DNA of 64,000 bases from Pecten maximus (Eukaryota). The stretch spans positions 1,612,001 to 1,676,000 of the forward strand of contig NC_047017.1 of assembly GCF_902652985.1 (NCBI RefSeq). The letters run 5' to 3'. This document shows positions 37,276 to 49,500 of this stretch, piece by piece. The notes under the pieces are model-generated. The model was not told the DNA's origin. It saw nothing but the letters and a program-made list of their open reading frames with translations, and made no database searches. Within the stretch, counting starts at the first letter, position 1; each line of letters begins with the position of its first letter. Both the position numbers and the translations under genes were made by a program.

Positions 37276-37354
37276 TAGCCCGAGTTTCCTCTGGCCCTGA
37301 CACTAGATCTGCCTACACCAGACATGGTGTCGGGGACAGAGGAAACTCGGGCTA
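37276..37354. mobile_element. 79-bp MITE with TAG...CTA termini and a perfect 9-bp TSD (AcademH-like)
   Basis: Perfect 18-bp TIR TAGCCCGAGTTTCCTCTG; attatatat at 37267-37275 and 37355-37363. Confidence 0.75.
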
Positions 37355-38173
37355 ATTATATATATCGTATAAAGATAATCTTTGCCGTCGTTCTAATTAC
37401 TGTATTAGTCATTAATCATCAGGAAACTAAGCAGCTTAATTAAGTTATGTATAATTAGGTACTTAAGGATAACAAGATATACCAGTATTTTAATCGCCAA
37501 TAAGCACATATCTGGAAAGAAGTCCACCCATAGCCATTGCAGTTCGGTGAAAATAACAACAAATAGCCAACCTTATTGGCGTAACAATTTGTATTGGTCA
37601 TCTGGGATCATTGCACGACAGACAACCTGAGACACGCGAGGAGAATTGGTTGCGATGCCCTAATACAAATCTGTCATAGCATTTAATATATATTTATTCG
37701 GAGGCTTGTGTAATGAGGTCATATATATACTTTTTCTTATATTTGCTTCTACATGTAGTCTGCATGAATAAGTATATGTTTCACATCACGCATATTTTGC
37801 TTATATCATGGGTTTTAAAGATTTTTTTTATAATGTCCATAACCTTTTTATTGTCTTTATATAAAAAAGTGAGCTTACTTGACCCAACAGTTCTTATATT
37901 TCTTGTTAAAGAATTGCTTTGATGGAAAATATCTCTGGAAACGAATGTTGCCTGTTATTACAGAAATAAATCTTATACCTTGTAATGCATTAATAGCCCT
38001 CGTTGCAAGATGATATGAAGGTTTAATTACACGAATTTGCTATCTATATGAGATACCCGAGGAAAGCAAACTTTTATGTCATCCTGCAACAAGGATCATG
38101 AATTGTTTGATACACCGAAAAATAATTGATAATTGGTGATACGAAACAAATAAGAATCGAGAAATAAGGCGTC

Positions 38174-38548
38174 GTTTTTGTGTCGCCTTCGAAAAGGTAT
38201 CGCTATGTCGGCGACGGCGGGGTCGTCTGCACTGCAGAGGTTTCCGTGCCATAACTCAAGTTCCCCTGGGCCGATCAAACACAATCTTCATGCAGACCTT
38301 CCTGCTTTCAGGTCCGAAGGTCGAAGGTCAATGTCACTGTTACTGAAAATAGATAATTCGTTTTCTTGTGATAACTCAAGTTCTTTCGGGCCCATCAAAC
38401 TCATTTTTCACTTAGTTTTTCCTTACGGCAAGTGCTTGCATGGGATAGTTTTTTTACCGGTCTAAATGTCAGAGGTCAAGGTCGCTGTTACTAAAAATAG
38501 GAAATATGTTTCTTGTAATAACTCCAGTTCTTTAGGGCCGATCAAGTT
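38174..38548 (+). mobile_element. HINE-like fragment in plus orientation
   Basis: tttttgtgtcgcct start, cggcgacggcgg tract, three ataactc(a/c)agttc..gggcc(g/c)atcaa units with aggtcaa motifs. Confidence 0.55.
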
Positions 38549-39149
38549 CGATGCTCATTTACGGATATTGTATTCTCTGTATTTCTGAATTCCAAGCACA
38601 TACTTGAGTGATGCCGGTCTTCCTCCTAATCACTCAACTTGCTGCGTATTCTTGGAATTCTTGTTATTACAAACCTCTGTTTCTGTGACCAGAGTCCTCG
38701 ATTGATACGATTCGAAATCCTAGTAGTATTGCTCAATTGACCGGTACATTTGTTGATATTTTCGTGTTCTTAGAATTCTTGTTTTTCAGAAGTTGCATTT
38801 ATCCTAGTTTCCTTGACTGCGAAAACGTTTGTTTCTGTCATTTTGTATTCAACCGAATCGGACGGACGACACATAATCTCACGGTGTCGTCCGTCCTTCA
38901 ACAATTTCGTCTCCTTAATCACTAATTGCAGTTTAACTTAATTGGACTGAAAACATCCTTGGGTGGAGGGGTTTCAAACTTATTCAAATGGTTGGACTGA
39001 CTCCCCGGGGGCCGAATGGAGAGGCAAAAGGTGGACAGTCTGTGGCTGTATTACTATCAAACGTCTTCTTCTCCAGAACAATTCACCAAATATTGGTCAT
39101 ATATTCGTGCGGAAACATTAACAAAAATATATAATAAATGAAATCTTTT

Positions 39150-39518
39150 TACAATGTCACTCAACAAATAAATTCTACTCACGGGTAGCTTTCGACCACT
39201 ATCTGGTGGTCTTCTTCAGCCCTAACCGTGGTTAGTCAGGGGCTACAGACTAATCTGGTGTGGGATTCAGTCACGTGACCCAGGGATTAATCCTAAGTCA
39301 TGTGACTGAATCAGGCTGGCGTAGACCGGTGATAGATGGTAGCGTCCCCGTCCTGGTTGAGTCAGTGCGGGTCTAGATGCCGAGATGTAGATGGCCTCTT
39401 TAACCTCTCTCTGGAACCAGCGCGGGTCCTGGTCTAGAACATTGATGATCTGTATCGCAAAGGAGTGGGAACGCTGGTTTCCCTGCGGTGTTCTGTGACC
39501 CTCTTCTGTCACTCCCAA
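39150..39518 (-). mobile_element. Penelope-like retroelement 3' remnant (end of GIY-YIG ORF plus pLTR segment)
   Basis: INVLDQDPRWFQREVKEAIYISASRPALTQPGRGRYHLSPVY resembles the PLE C-terminal motif ILDxExxWFxRxVKEAIYI...LNRxxGRYxL, and a hammerhead motif follows it. Confidence 0.8.
39183..39222 (-). ncRNA. Minimal type-I hammerhead ribozyme (PLE-associated)
   Basis: GGG-CUGAAGA-A-GACCAC(CAGAUA)GUGGUC-GAAA-GC-UA-CCC. Confidence 0.7.
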
Positions 39519-40250
39519 CCGCTATACTTTATTTGATGATGTCTGTTCTCTTGAGCAGAGGTCGCCAGTTTTAGCCCTAGCACGGTCAGAATACTTTTTT
39601 TTTATCTATTAATTCCATGAACTGGACTTGGCTGAAAGCCATACCCTGGAACCGATTGCCAGATAGCTGCTGGTCAATAGTCAGAATCATTCATATGTTT
39701 TATGACCCCCCCCCCCCCCTTTTTTTTGGTCTGACATTGATACGCGGGCACAATTAACACAAACAAAAAAGTTGAAAAAACGCAGGAATTGTTCACAGAC
39801 TCACTACTGTAGCTCAACTGATTAGACTATCTATCTACAGCTCAGGACCCTTGGTTCGAATCCAGTCTAGTCTCTCCTTAAATACACAGGGAATTGGCAC
39901 GAGTTCCCTGCCCACAGGGACTTGAGAAGTGGAAAGAAATAGTATTATATTTCTATATTATTATTATCATTAATGCTTTAAGGTTAGGACACAAGGCACT
40001 AACAAAGTGTTCCTCAGATTGATCACATTTAACGAAAAGGAAAATAATTTTTATCAGAAAATGTTTATTTATTGTATTTCACCATGCTGATTTAAAATCT
40101 CAAATAAGATTTCCGCCATTTTTGAGGAAATGACTTTAATGCAGGCGCGGATCCAGGAATTTGAAAAGGGGGGGGTCCAGAAATTTTTTTTGGCGAGGGA
40201 TCTGGGGGGGGGGGGGGGGGGTTGGCATAGGTTTTTTTTTAAGGCTATAT

Positions 40251-40682
40251 ATAGAGGATATCTAACAGTGTCTTCAGTAATACCAAATATATTTCATGAG
40301 TGGGGCTTATATTTTGATATTTTTCACGAGTGCGCAGCACGAGTGAAACATATCTTAATATTAGCCACACGAGTGAAATATATTTGGTATTACTGAAGAC
40401 ACTGTTAGATATTCTGTTTATTACATTTTTTATCAACGAAAAACCTACCCTGTATGCTAACTAGGCCTACAGTGATCATTTGTAAACAAAAAATGTAGTT
40501 CCCCCTGTCCAGGTGCTGAGATATATGTCGGGCTTTCTGATTGGTCAATTATTTTATATTTTCTAATCATTAATTTGATTGGTCAAATCAGCAAAAGTGA
40601 TATTTTTCACTAGTGATGAATATGATATCACTTTTATAGCATGAACAATTTTTGATATTTCACTGGTAAAAATGTAATAAAT
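40251..40682. mobile_element. Double-inverted-repeat element (Crypton-like)
   Basis: ~165-bp palindrome (gatatctaacagtgtcttcagtaataccaaatatatttca and its complement), then tttattacattttt / aaaaatgtaataaa enclosing two tgattggtc. Confidence 0.6.
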
Positions 40683-41740
40683 AAAAAATATTAATACTAA
40701 CCAGAAGCAGACGCCTGTGCTTGCACAAACTTTTGTTTTAGTCGTCACTGATGGTCAACAGTCAGACACATTCAGGCATTTTTTCAACCTTTTTTATATT
40801 GATAAATCTTTTTTGATATTGATCCTTTTATCATCACCATGCAGACTAATAAATTTACATAATGTTGCAATAATTCACAGACTGATATTGTAGCCTGAAC
40901 AGTTTGTGTTTCCAATGACAGTTCAGGGTTCTTGGTTCGAGTCATGGTCTAGTTGTTTGATATTCCATGTCTTTCTATGTAAACTATGTTATTGTTAATG
41001 TTTTACTCATAATTAGAAAGTTTTCCCATTGATGTTTTCTTTCTTTTTTTGTAATAAAATATTTTCCAAACCCACTGACACGGAAGATTTGGTCAACCAT
41101 ATGCCAAACCAACATCATTATGTCAGATATTTTAATTCTTGACGGACGTCTGGCCTCAAAATGTCTAACATCTGGTATTGGGATCAAGAGAAAATCTGGC
41201 TTCCTTTCCTCGACATCTCCCATCAATTTTCATCTCGATGGCACCAGTCAAAATGTGTACTTTAGGATGGTAGTCATGGTAACAATACCGGATTTTGGGC
41301 TAACCCGAAAAATAACAACACTTGGTTCAGGCCATTTCAGACAAGTCTGAGCTGAATCCCGCCTGGTGGAACTTGAGAAGTAGTCTAAAATAGGTGCTGT
41401 TCAGGAAAAACATGATTGCGCAATCATTTTACTATGCAGCAAATTTGGTCATCATTATGAGCACTTGAAGAGGACAAAAATAATGACACATTGTGATCTT
41501 CCATTTCATAAACGTAAAACATCAGTGTTTCTCTAGTTGTCTGACATGCCCCTTTCCATATCCTTCCCAAAATATTTTGACAATAACTTTCGATTTACCA
41601 GGGTACTATCAAGGTTCCTCGATTTAACAGTACATTCAGTACTTTGATTTTTTGTGGTTGGCTATACATGTATATAAAGTATAGAATTTCAGTCAGTTTC
41701 AAGTAAACAACTGGATGACAAAATTATTAATTTTATCTAA

Positions 41741-42030
41741 TTTGAATAAAATATTCAAGAACAGAACGTTTTCTATTTTTAATGTAAAAATGTAACTTAC
41801 ATAAAAAGATAGCAGATTTTGTATATTTATAACTTTATAAGGTCTTATCACAACACAATCTTGTAATGCATAATCAGTTCTTTCAATTTTATTTTATTTG
41901 AATAAAATATCCAAGAACAGAACATTTTCTATTTTTAATGAAATAAAATGTTATTTACATAAAAAGACAGCAGTTTTTGTATTTTTATAACCTTAAGGTC
42001 TTATCACGATGTACAATCTTTTAACGCAAA
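41741..42030. repeat. ~156-bp direct duplication
   Basis: tttgaataaaatat(t/c)caagaacagaac...aaggtcttatcac occurs twice. Confidence 0.8.
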
Positions 42031-42189
42031 ATCATTTCTTCATTCATTAATACATAAATCTATAAATACTGGTCGTAACACACAATACTACACTCACTCT
42101 CTCTCTCTTAATACGATTAGTCTTTTTCCCACTGTATTTCTAACAAATATATATATATAGCACAAACATACATATAAGAGAACTAAATA

Positions 42190-42701
42190 TCAAGAGACCC
42201 AAAGGGCCTTAATCGCTCGCTTGGATATATCTGTGATTATGTCAGAATTTTCTCATTTAAGTTACATTTTATACAACAAATACTTTTCCCATTTTGGTAT
42301 CTCTCTCTTGTTGCAGGCAGTTGAAATTTTACTTAATACCAATGATATACCTCAAAGATGTCTTAAATATGTTTTTATGAATGTTACCTCTGTGACCTTG
42401 AAAACAGTTCAAGGCCATTTCTTGATGGAAACCTTGTTGGCTTCATCCTAGGAATCGACCATGATTATATTCCTTTTGGTCTGTGAGAAGTTGTTAGAAT
42501 ATTTTAACAAATTTTATCGAGGTGACCTTGACCTTATGTCAAAGGCATTTCTTTTCACAGATTTGCTGGGCTATATCCCAGGAACCTACCACTTAAATAT
42601 TTTGATTGTAGGCCTTTTGGTTTGAGAAGAATTTGGACGACAGATGTAGCAACATGGTAATACCATTAGCTCATCCATCCTTTGGACCAGGTGAGCTAAA
42701 A
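42190..42701 (-). mobile_element. HINE with both termini and degenerate tgaccttga units
   Basis: caagagacccaaagggccttaatcgctcgc ... tagctcatccatcctttggaccaggtgagctaaa. Confidence 0.7.
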
Positions 42702-43409
42702 GCTATAAATCTTTCCTTTCAAAGGTAAGATATTTTTTTATATTCCTGCTGAATGTCTTGCAGTGAAAACCTTTCAATTGAACAGCAGCAAGTTTACACA
42801 GAAGCAAACATGATATTGTATTTTAAGAAAGTTTTTAAGAATTTTATATCACAATTAATTCCATTTTTGGCACTACCTAGAATAGTCATCTCAATGACAA
42901 CTAATATCCCTTGTGGGTGTTAACTTAATCTTTAAACTAAAGTCCTTCATTTTGTCAAATGAGATTATTGCAAATGGAACACTCATACTCAGAATCTCTC
43001 AAAACTTCAGCAAAACATTTTTCAGGTTTAGCAAGCAAAACCTAGATAACCTGTACAAGGCCTAACTTAGTATTTCAATAAAGGGACACAAATCCTTAAA
43101 AAATGGTCTTAATGGAAAAGAAATAACACCCAGCAAAAGTTAAAAGGGCAGTTATGATAATTTTTTTGTTGAAAACTCATTGTGGGAGATATAATGAAGG
43201 TTTTGTTTCACCAAACTCCAAATAATAAGTTCAACCAGTCCATTAAAAAGTACATGTACAGGCCATGCATGTTTGGCATTTAATCAAGAGCATATCTGTG
43301 ATTCAGATCTAGACAACACCAAACAGGAAGTTATAAAGATTGTCATGATGTTTCCAATGTTTTCCTGGGTTATCAACATTATGAAGTATCACGATTGCCT
43401 GAAAAATGT

Positions 43410-43539
43410 CTATGAAGCCACTGGAGGCGGAGGATGTGGCTCCATCCAGGCCTTTTGTAGCTCTGGCATACCATCCTGCCCTGGGGCCGCGTCCATGTGA
43501 GCCTGGGTGAGGAAGGTAGCACCGGCATCGTCTTCGGTC
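43410..43539 (-). CDS. BBOF1: BBOF1 terminal coding exon 11
   Basis: tttcag|G TEDDAGATFLTQAHMD...PPPPVAS*; phase matches exon 10; alternative in-frame acceptor at 43572. Confidence 0.72.
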
Positions 43540-46500
43540 CTGAAACCACGATAAAACATAAGAAAATCATCTCTGGAAACCAAACCAGAACTCGCGCCAG
43601 GGTTGTTAACTAATTCCCCCTTCTCTATTTTCAAAATATTTTGATTTTCCTTCCCTCTCCTTTTTAATCTGAATCAGGAAATTTAATCCTTTCACCCCTT
43701 CTGACCATATTGGACTTCAAATGATTAATGGATGGCAGAGTCTATTAATGTTTCTTAGGGTTGAAAGGGTTAATGTCTCATTATTAAATGAATATCTAGG
43801 CCTGTTTTTCTCCAATTTTTACCCATTTGTATTTTCTTTTTCTTTCATGTAATGAATAGGTGATGATAATCCAAATGTATCCATTTAATTTTCAAATTTG
43901 AGCTTTATTATAATAATGAAATACAATAATGCTAAAGCATGCAACAATTATTAGGAGCTGAATAATTTACAGGTCTGTTGCTACTCCAGGGATAAGGTAA
44001 TAGTTGATATCCTAAAAAAATATGGCAAGAGACCAGAGGTCACTGATAAGAGTTGTTGGAGGTCACAGATAATCAGTTAAATGATCACTAATCTCATTGT
44101 GTGTATGTATTGTGATAAATCTATTTATAACCCTTACATAACTGCACCCGTTTCACAGCTGATATGAGATGCGGTAAGCCTGTGTCCGTGCATAATGTAT
44201 AGATTATGGTTAACCATGATATGCTTATATATATATTTACATGTATGCCTGTAACTTTCTGTAAAAAAATTTAAATTTCTAAATAAAGCATCTATCATGT
44301 AACATTTCGACCTCTACATGTTGGCCAACATCTCCATAATAATTCTTGAATAAGAATAATGCTACATACTTATCCCCCTGGGTGATGCTAAGTCGGTGCT
44401 GTCTCTGTTCGATGGACGGGAGGGGAGGCGCAGAGAAAGTGTTGCCCTCTCTTTTCCGAGTTCCATTCATTCTAGCAAACAAATATCGCAGAATTCGTTC
44501 CTTTTGCTCCCAAGTGAGGTCCCCAATGTCAACTTTACCCGATATGTCATATCTAAAAAAAAATACAAAGGAAATTTTGCTTTGTTAAATTTAAAACCAA
44601 TTAGTCCATTGTTTTACTGTAAGAATTGCATTGTACTCTACTTCCATGTAACAATTCTAAACATGTTCGATGCCAAAGTGACAGGGTTTCTATCAAAAGA
44701 CATCCATATAAGATACTGCTTAACATAGAGATTGGTTTTAATGTTAGACAATCTGCAGACAAGATAAACAAGAGGCCCATTCATCTTAATGGTCATCTGA
44801 CTTTAAAGACCCTAGTACTTATTATTGTAGCATACACTATTAAGTATAGTGGTATGTATGGTTGGCCATGGCGGCCATCTTGGATATCTGACCAATCTGG
44901 AAAATAACAACACTGGGTCAGAATCTCAGGATCGTTTCAGGGAAGTTTGAGCTAAATACCACAGGTGGAATTTGTTTAGAAAGGTTTTGTTCAGGAAAAC
45001 CATGATTTAACAATCATGTTATAAAATGGCTGCATAGCTGCCCAGTGCAATATAAAAATTTCTCCTAGGCCGAAAAACACTTTGTCGGCTTCCTTTCTTC
45101 AACCTCCTCACCAAGTAGCTCATTGGCACAGTGGAAATGGAAAAGTATTTGAAAATGTGCTTTTTAAGATGGCAGCCATGGTGCCATCTTTGATTTCAGA
45201 CTGACCCGAAAAGTAACCACTTACAAAATGTAGTTAGGACCATTAGGATGTCACTTTTGGAATTTGATTTAAAGACTATGATAGGCAAGTATGTTATAAA
45301 ATGGCAAAAAAATAGCACTTTGTCGGCTTACTTTTATTTAACATCCTCACCAATTTTCAGCTCAATGGCACCAGTGGAACTGGAGAAGAAGTTTAAAACA
45401 TGTTTTTTTCAAGAAGGCAGCCATCTTGAATTTAGGATTGAAACAAAAATCAAGAACACTTGGTCAGAACCATCTTAGGATTATTTCAGGAAAGTTTGAG
45501 TTGAATCCCAATTATGGTACTTGAGAAGTTTGACATGTAAAAAGTTTAAGCATGGCAGACAACGATCAACACAGACATGGTGACTATAGATGTTTCTGAT
45601 CTTCTGGGTGAGATGACCTAAACATCCTGAAATAAAGCTTGGTTGCCTTAATTGTTTAATGTTCTACAAGGTCACTTAAGTTCAAGTTATATGATTCATA
45701 TTCACCATAATTTTGGCAAAAATTTTAAATCAAAATGCTGCAAATAAAAACATCACTATACATTATGATTAAAAGTGTACCTAATTTCAAAAGGGATTTG
45801 TTAAAGGTTTCAAATATTGAATCAAACAGAGAATCAAAATGCAACTCGGGAAAATACAAGTACGTCATGATTTGAAGGCCTAACAAATAAAGCTACCTTG
45901 ACAGATGGACTGACCAACAACATATCTACATGTACCGTTGAAAAAAATAGATAAAACGATAAAAAAAAATAAAAAAAAAAAATAATCAAATACCATACTA
46001 CAGCCAAATTCATATCCTGCAGACAACCCTTTGCAAGGATCCATTGTTACCCAGATTATTACCGTTAATATTACTTCTTTGACTCAAATAATGACCAATA
46101 TATTTGAGATTTTACCGTGTTTGTCATACTGAACACCTCTATATCTTGGATTATCTATAATATTTATAGCATACATTGTATCTTAATAGAGACAACAATG
46201 AACATGGGTAAACACCATATCATTATGTGAGGACAAATTTAAAAAATCCCTACAATATGAAAATGACCTTAAACAAGAGGCCCAAGGGGCATACATCACT
46301 CACCTAGATATTTCGGTGATCATCGGAAAAAACATTTCAAGAACGAGAGGGATGGGGAAAGACTTTTGATCAAAATCCTAATCTATTCAGAAAAGAAAGC
46401 TTCTTTTTCCCCCTTTTGCGTCTCGCCTGCACACTGACCGTGGAGAGTTTTTTTTTCTAATTCCCTCCATTTATACAACATTTAGTTTTCTTTCTTTACT

Positions 46501-49500
46501 GATGCTCCAGACAAAAAAAAACTTTAAAAAAAACACACAAAAGAAAGACAATAGAAGGTTGCCCCTATTTTCCCCCTTCTGGACCCCTCCCCTGTGTTTC
46601 AAATGGAACTCACACATTTCTTCTATACAACATTGAATCTTCTATCCTGTTTGGATGACGGACGCCGATTAATTATGGATAGCATCAAATTTGTGTTTTG
46701 AGCAATTTTCATGCAGCTTAAAATTAAGCTGGTCTAATTGAACAAGTTATTTCATTTTATATTTGTTGCTCCAATTTTCAAATACCTTATATATATATAC
46801 CTGGTACTTTCTTATTTTGTGTCTATACAGATATTCCTGGAGGCTTGAGATTAAATTTACAAGATAAGTGTACAATGAAGTAATCATTGAAAAATTGATT
46901 GTTTCAATCCGTAAAGCCCAAATATTACAACATTTCTGTGACGGCGTTTGGTGATGATTTACTGAATTTGCCCTAAACATTTCTCTCAATAAGCCACAAC
47001 AAATATTTTACAATGTTAGGCGATGGCTGTAGGGTAAAGGTTAATGGGAGGTATAACATTTTTACAATGTCGATTTCAACCCTCACAATATTGAAGCACT
47101 TACTTGACCTTCTTCCTGTTAGATGATAAAAAAAAAGAAAACAGTTTGCTCAAGACTTTGTTGTTGTGTTCTACATACAGTAAATACAGACTCCATACCT
47201 CACCTCTTATCCGTAATATAAGCTGTCTGTTTAATTCCATCGAAGTTCACTTTCATATGTCATAACAAAATGTTTACTTAGACATTGAGGTAGTCACCAG
47301 CTACTACAAGGAGATTTGCCTCAAATTGACTCTGGCTGTTCACAGGGCAATAAACCCAGCCAATCATAATGATAGAACAATATGTGAGCCAGTTAATAGG
47401 TACAAAATTTGACCATGACATTAGACCTACTGACCTGGAACTTTGATAAGATGACTTTTTATATGATTAAGTTTGTTTCATTGGCATTACAAAATGTCAA
47501 GTCATGTGCTCAGCATCATGATGTAGCACTTGTTTTTACTTAAAAATAAAATCAGCAAATTCCAATAAGGATACGATCAAGTTATTATCAGGTAAGTTCG
47601 GTTGAAGTACCGCTTGTGATCAAATCTAAACTAACTATTCTTAATCACCAGAAGCTGATATCTGGGAAATAACATAAAACTCTTCTCTACTTTGTTGATG
47701 TGAGCTAATAAAAGTACAACTGATATGTCAGGACAGGTAAAAAATTGTGTGGGATCAGACAGGTGTGGTATATTATAAAGGTAAATTATTATGGGATCAG
47801 ACAGGTGTGGTATTACAAAGGGAAATTATCACTGGATCAGACAGGTGTGGTATTACAAAGGTAAATTATCACAGGATCAGACAGGTGTGGTATTACAAAG
47901 GTAAATTATTACGGGATCAGACAGGTGTGGTATTACAAAGGTAAATTATCACTGGATCAGACAGGTGTGGTATTACAAAGGTAAATTATTATGGGATCAG
48001 ACAGGTGTGGTATTACAAAGGTAAATTATCACTGGATCAGACAGGTGTGGTATTACAAAGGTAAATTATTATGGGATCAGACAGGTGTGGTACTAGTATC
48101 ATAAAGGTAAACTGTAAGCTGTGGCTATATGCATTAGATCGTAGATCATCTAAATGCACGGAAATCATGAAATTTAGATAACTAAGTTATCCAACTAAAT
48201 AAAAATCATACATATGTAAATGTTCATAAAAAATGAAGAAGCACGACTTCGCCTATTACATATATGTAACTTTAGCTAAAATGTTATGTTTTTTAACCAG
48301 TGACTTCCTTCATATTACTCAGGTCACTTGGATAAATCCAACATACATCGCACAACGTATGACAGAAAACAGACGAGAGGCGATTAGAATAAGTCACTTG
48401 AGATTTCATCTCAGGTGACCAAAAAAAATCACTCACTTCAAGAGCAATATTTCAATGGATCTTCTGGTTTTTATGAAATCTACCAAAAGCGGATCACATA
48501 CAGACAGAATTTTTTACATTGTCAAATTAAAACAATTATTACTGACTCCCTACATGTAAAGATTTTAGTATGATGATATTACGGGGTTCTCAGGATAAAG
48601 CAGAAAAGCAGGCTTGATACAAATGTTGAAGAAATTGAAAATTTCTTAATCTGGCTCAAAATCATCTTTCTTAAAATCCTTTAAAAAATTTCGGACAGTT
48701 TTGTATTAGTGATATTCTCTCTTATGGAATGTCTAAACATTGTGAGTTTTAAAACTAAACATACATTTAGATATTTAAATGAAGCCAAAGTCTTAATTTG
48801 TTTTAGAAATGTGACAGCTTATTTCACTACAAATTCTTTGAAATTATTACATAGTTTAATTTCAATAAATTTTTTTTTCATAATATCTTTCACGGGTTAA
48901 AGTCACATGAAGAATGAGTTTCAACATTCTTACTGAGTTATCAAAAACTGAAGATTAATGTAATCACTTTGAAACATATGATGAAGATTAATGTAACCAC
49001 AAACACATGATGAAGATTAATGTAATCACAAACATATGATGAAGATTAATGTAATCACAAACATATGATGAGGATTAATGTAATCACAAACATATGATGA
49101 AGATTAATGTAACCAATTACATATGATGAAGATTAATGTAGATGTAATTGCAAACATGCAATGAAGATTAATGTAATCACACAAACATATGATGAAGATT
49201 AATGTAATCACACAAACATATGATGAGGATTAATGTAATCACACAAACATATGATGAAGATTAATGTAATCACACAAACATATGATGAAGATTAATGTAA
49301 CCAATTACATATGATGAAGATTAATGTAATCACACAAACATATGATGAAGATTAATGTAATCACACAAACATATGATGAGGATTAATGTAATCAAAAAAT
49401 ATGATGAAGATTAATGTAATCACAAACATATGATGAGGATTAATGTAATCACACAAACATATGATGAAGATTAATGTAATCACACAAACATATGATGAAG

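Noticed and set aside
39590-39700. WNRLPDS peptide resembling a CR1/L2 LINE C-terminus
   Set aside because: Too short and broken to support without a search.
39808-39870. tRNA gene (A-box-like tagctcaactg and B box ggttcgaatcc); similar at ~40890-40950
   Set aside because: No acceptor or anticodon stems; more likely decayed SINE heads.
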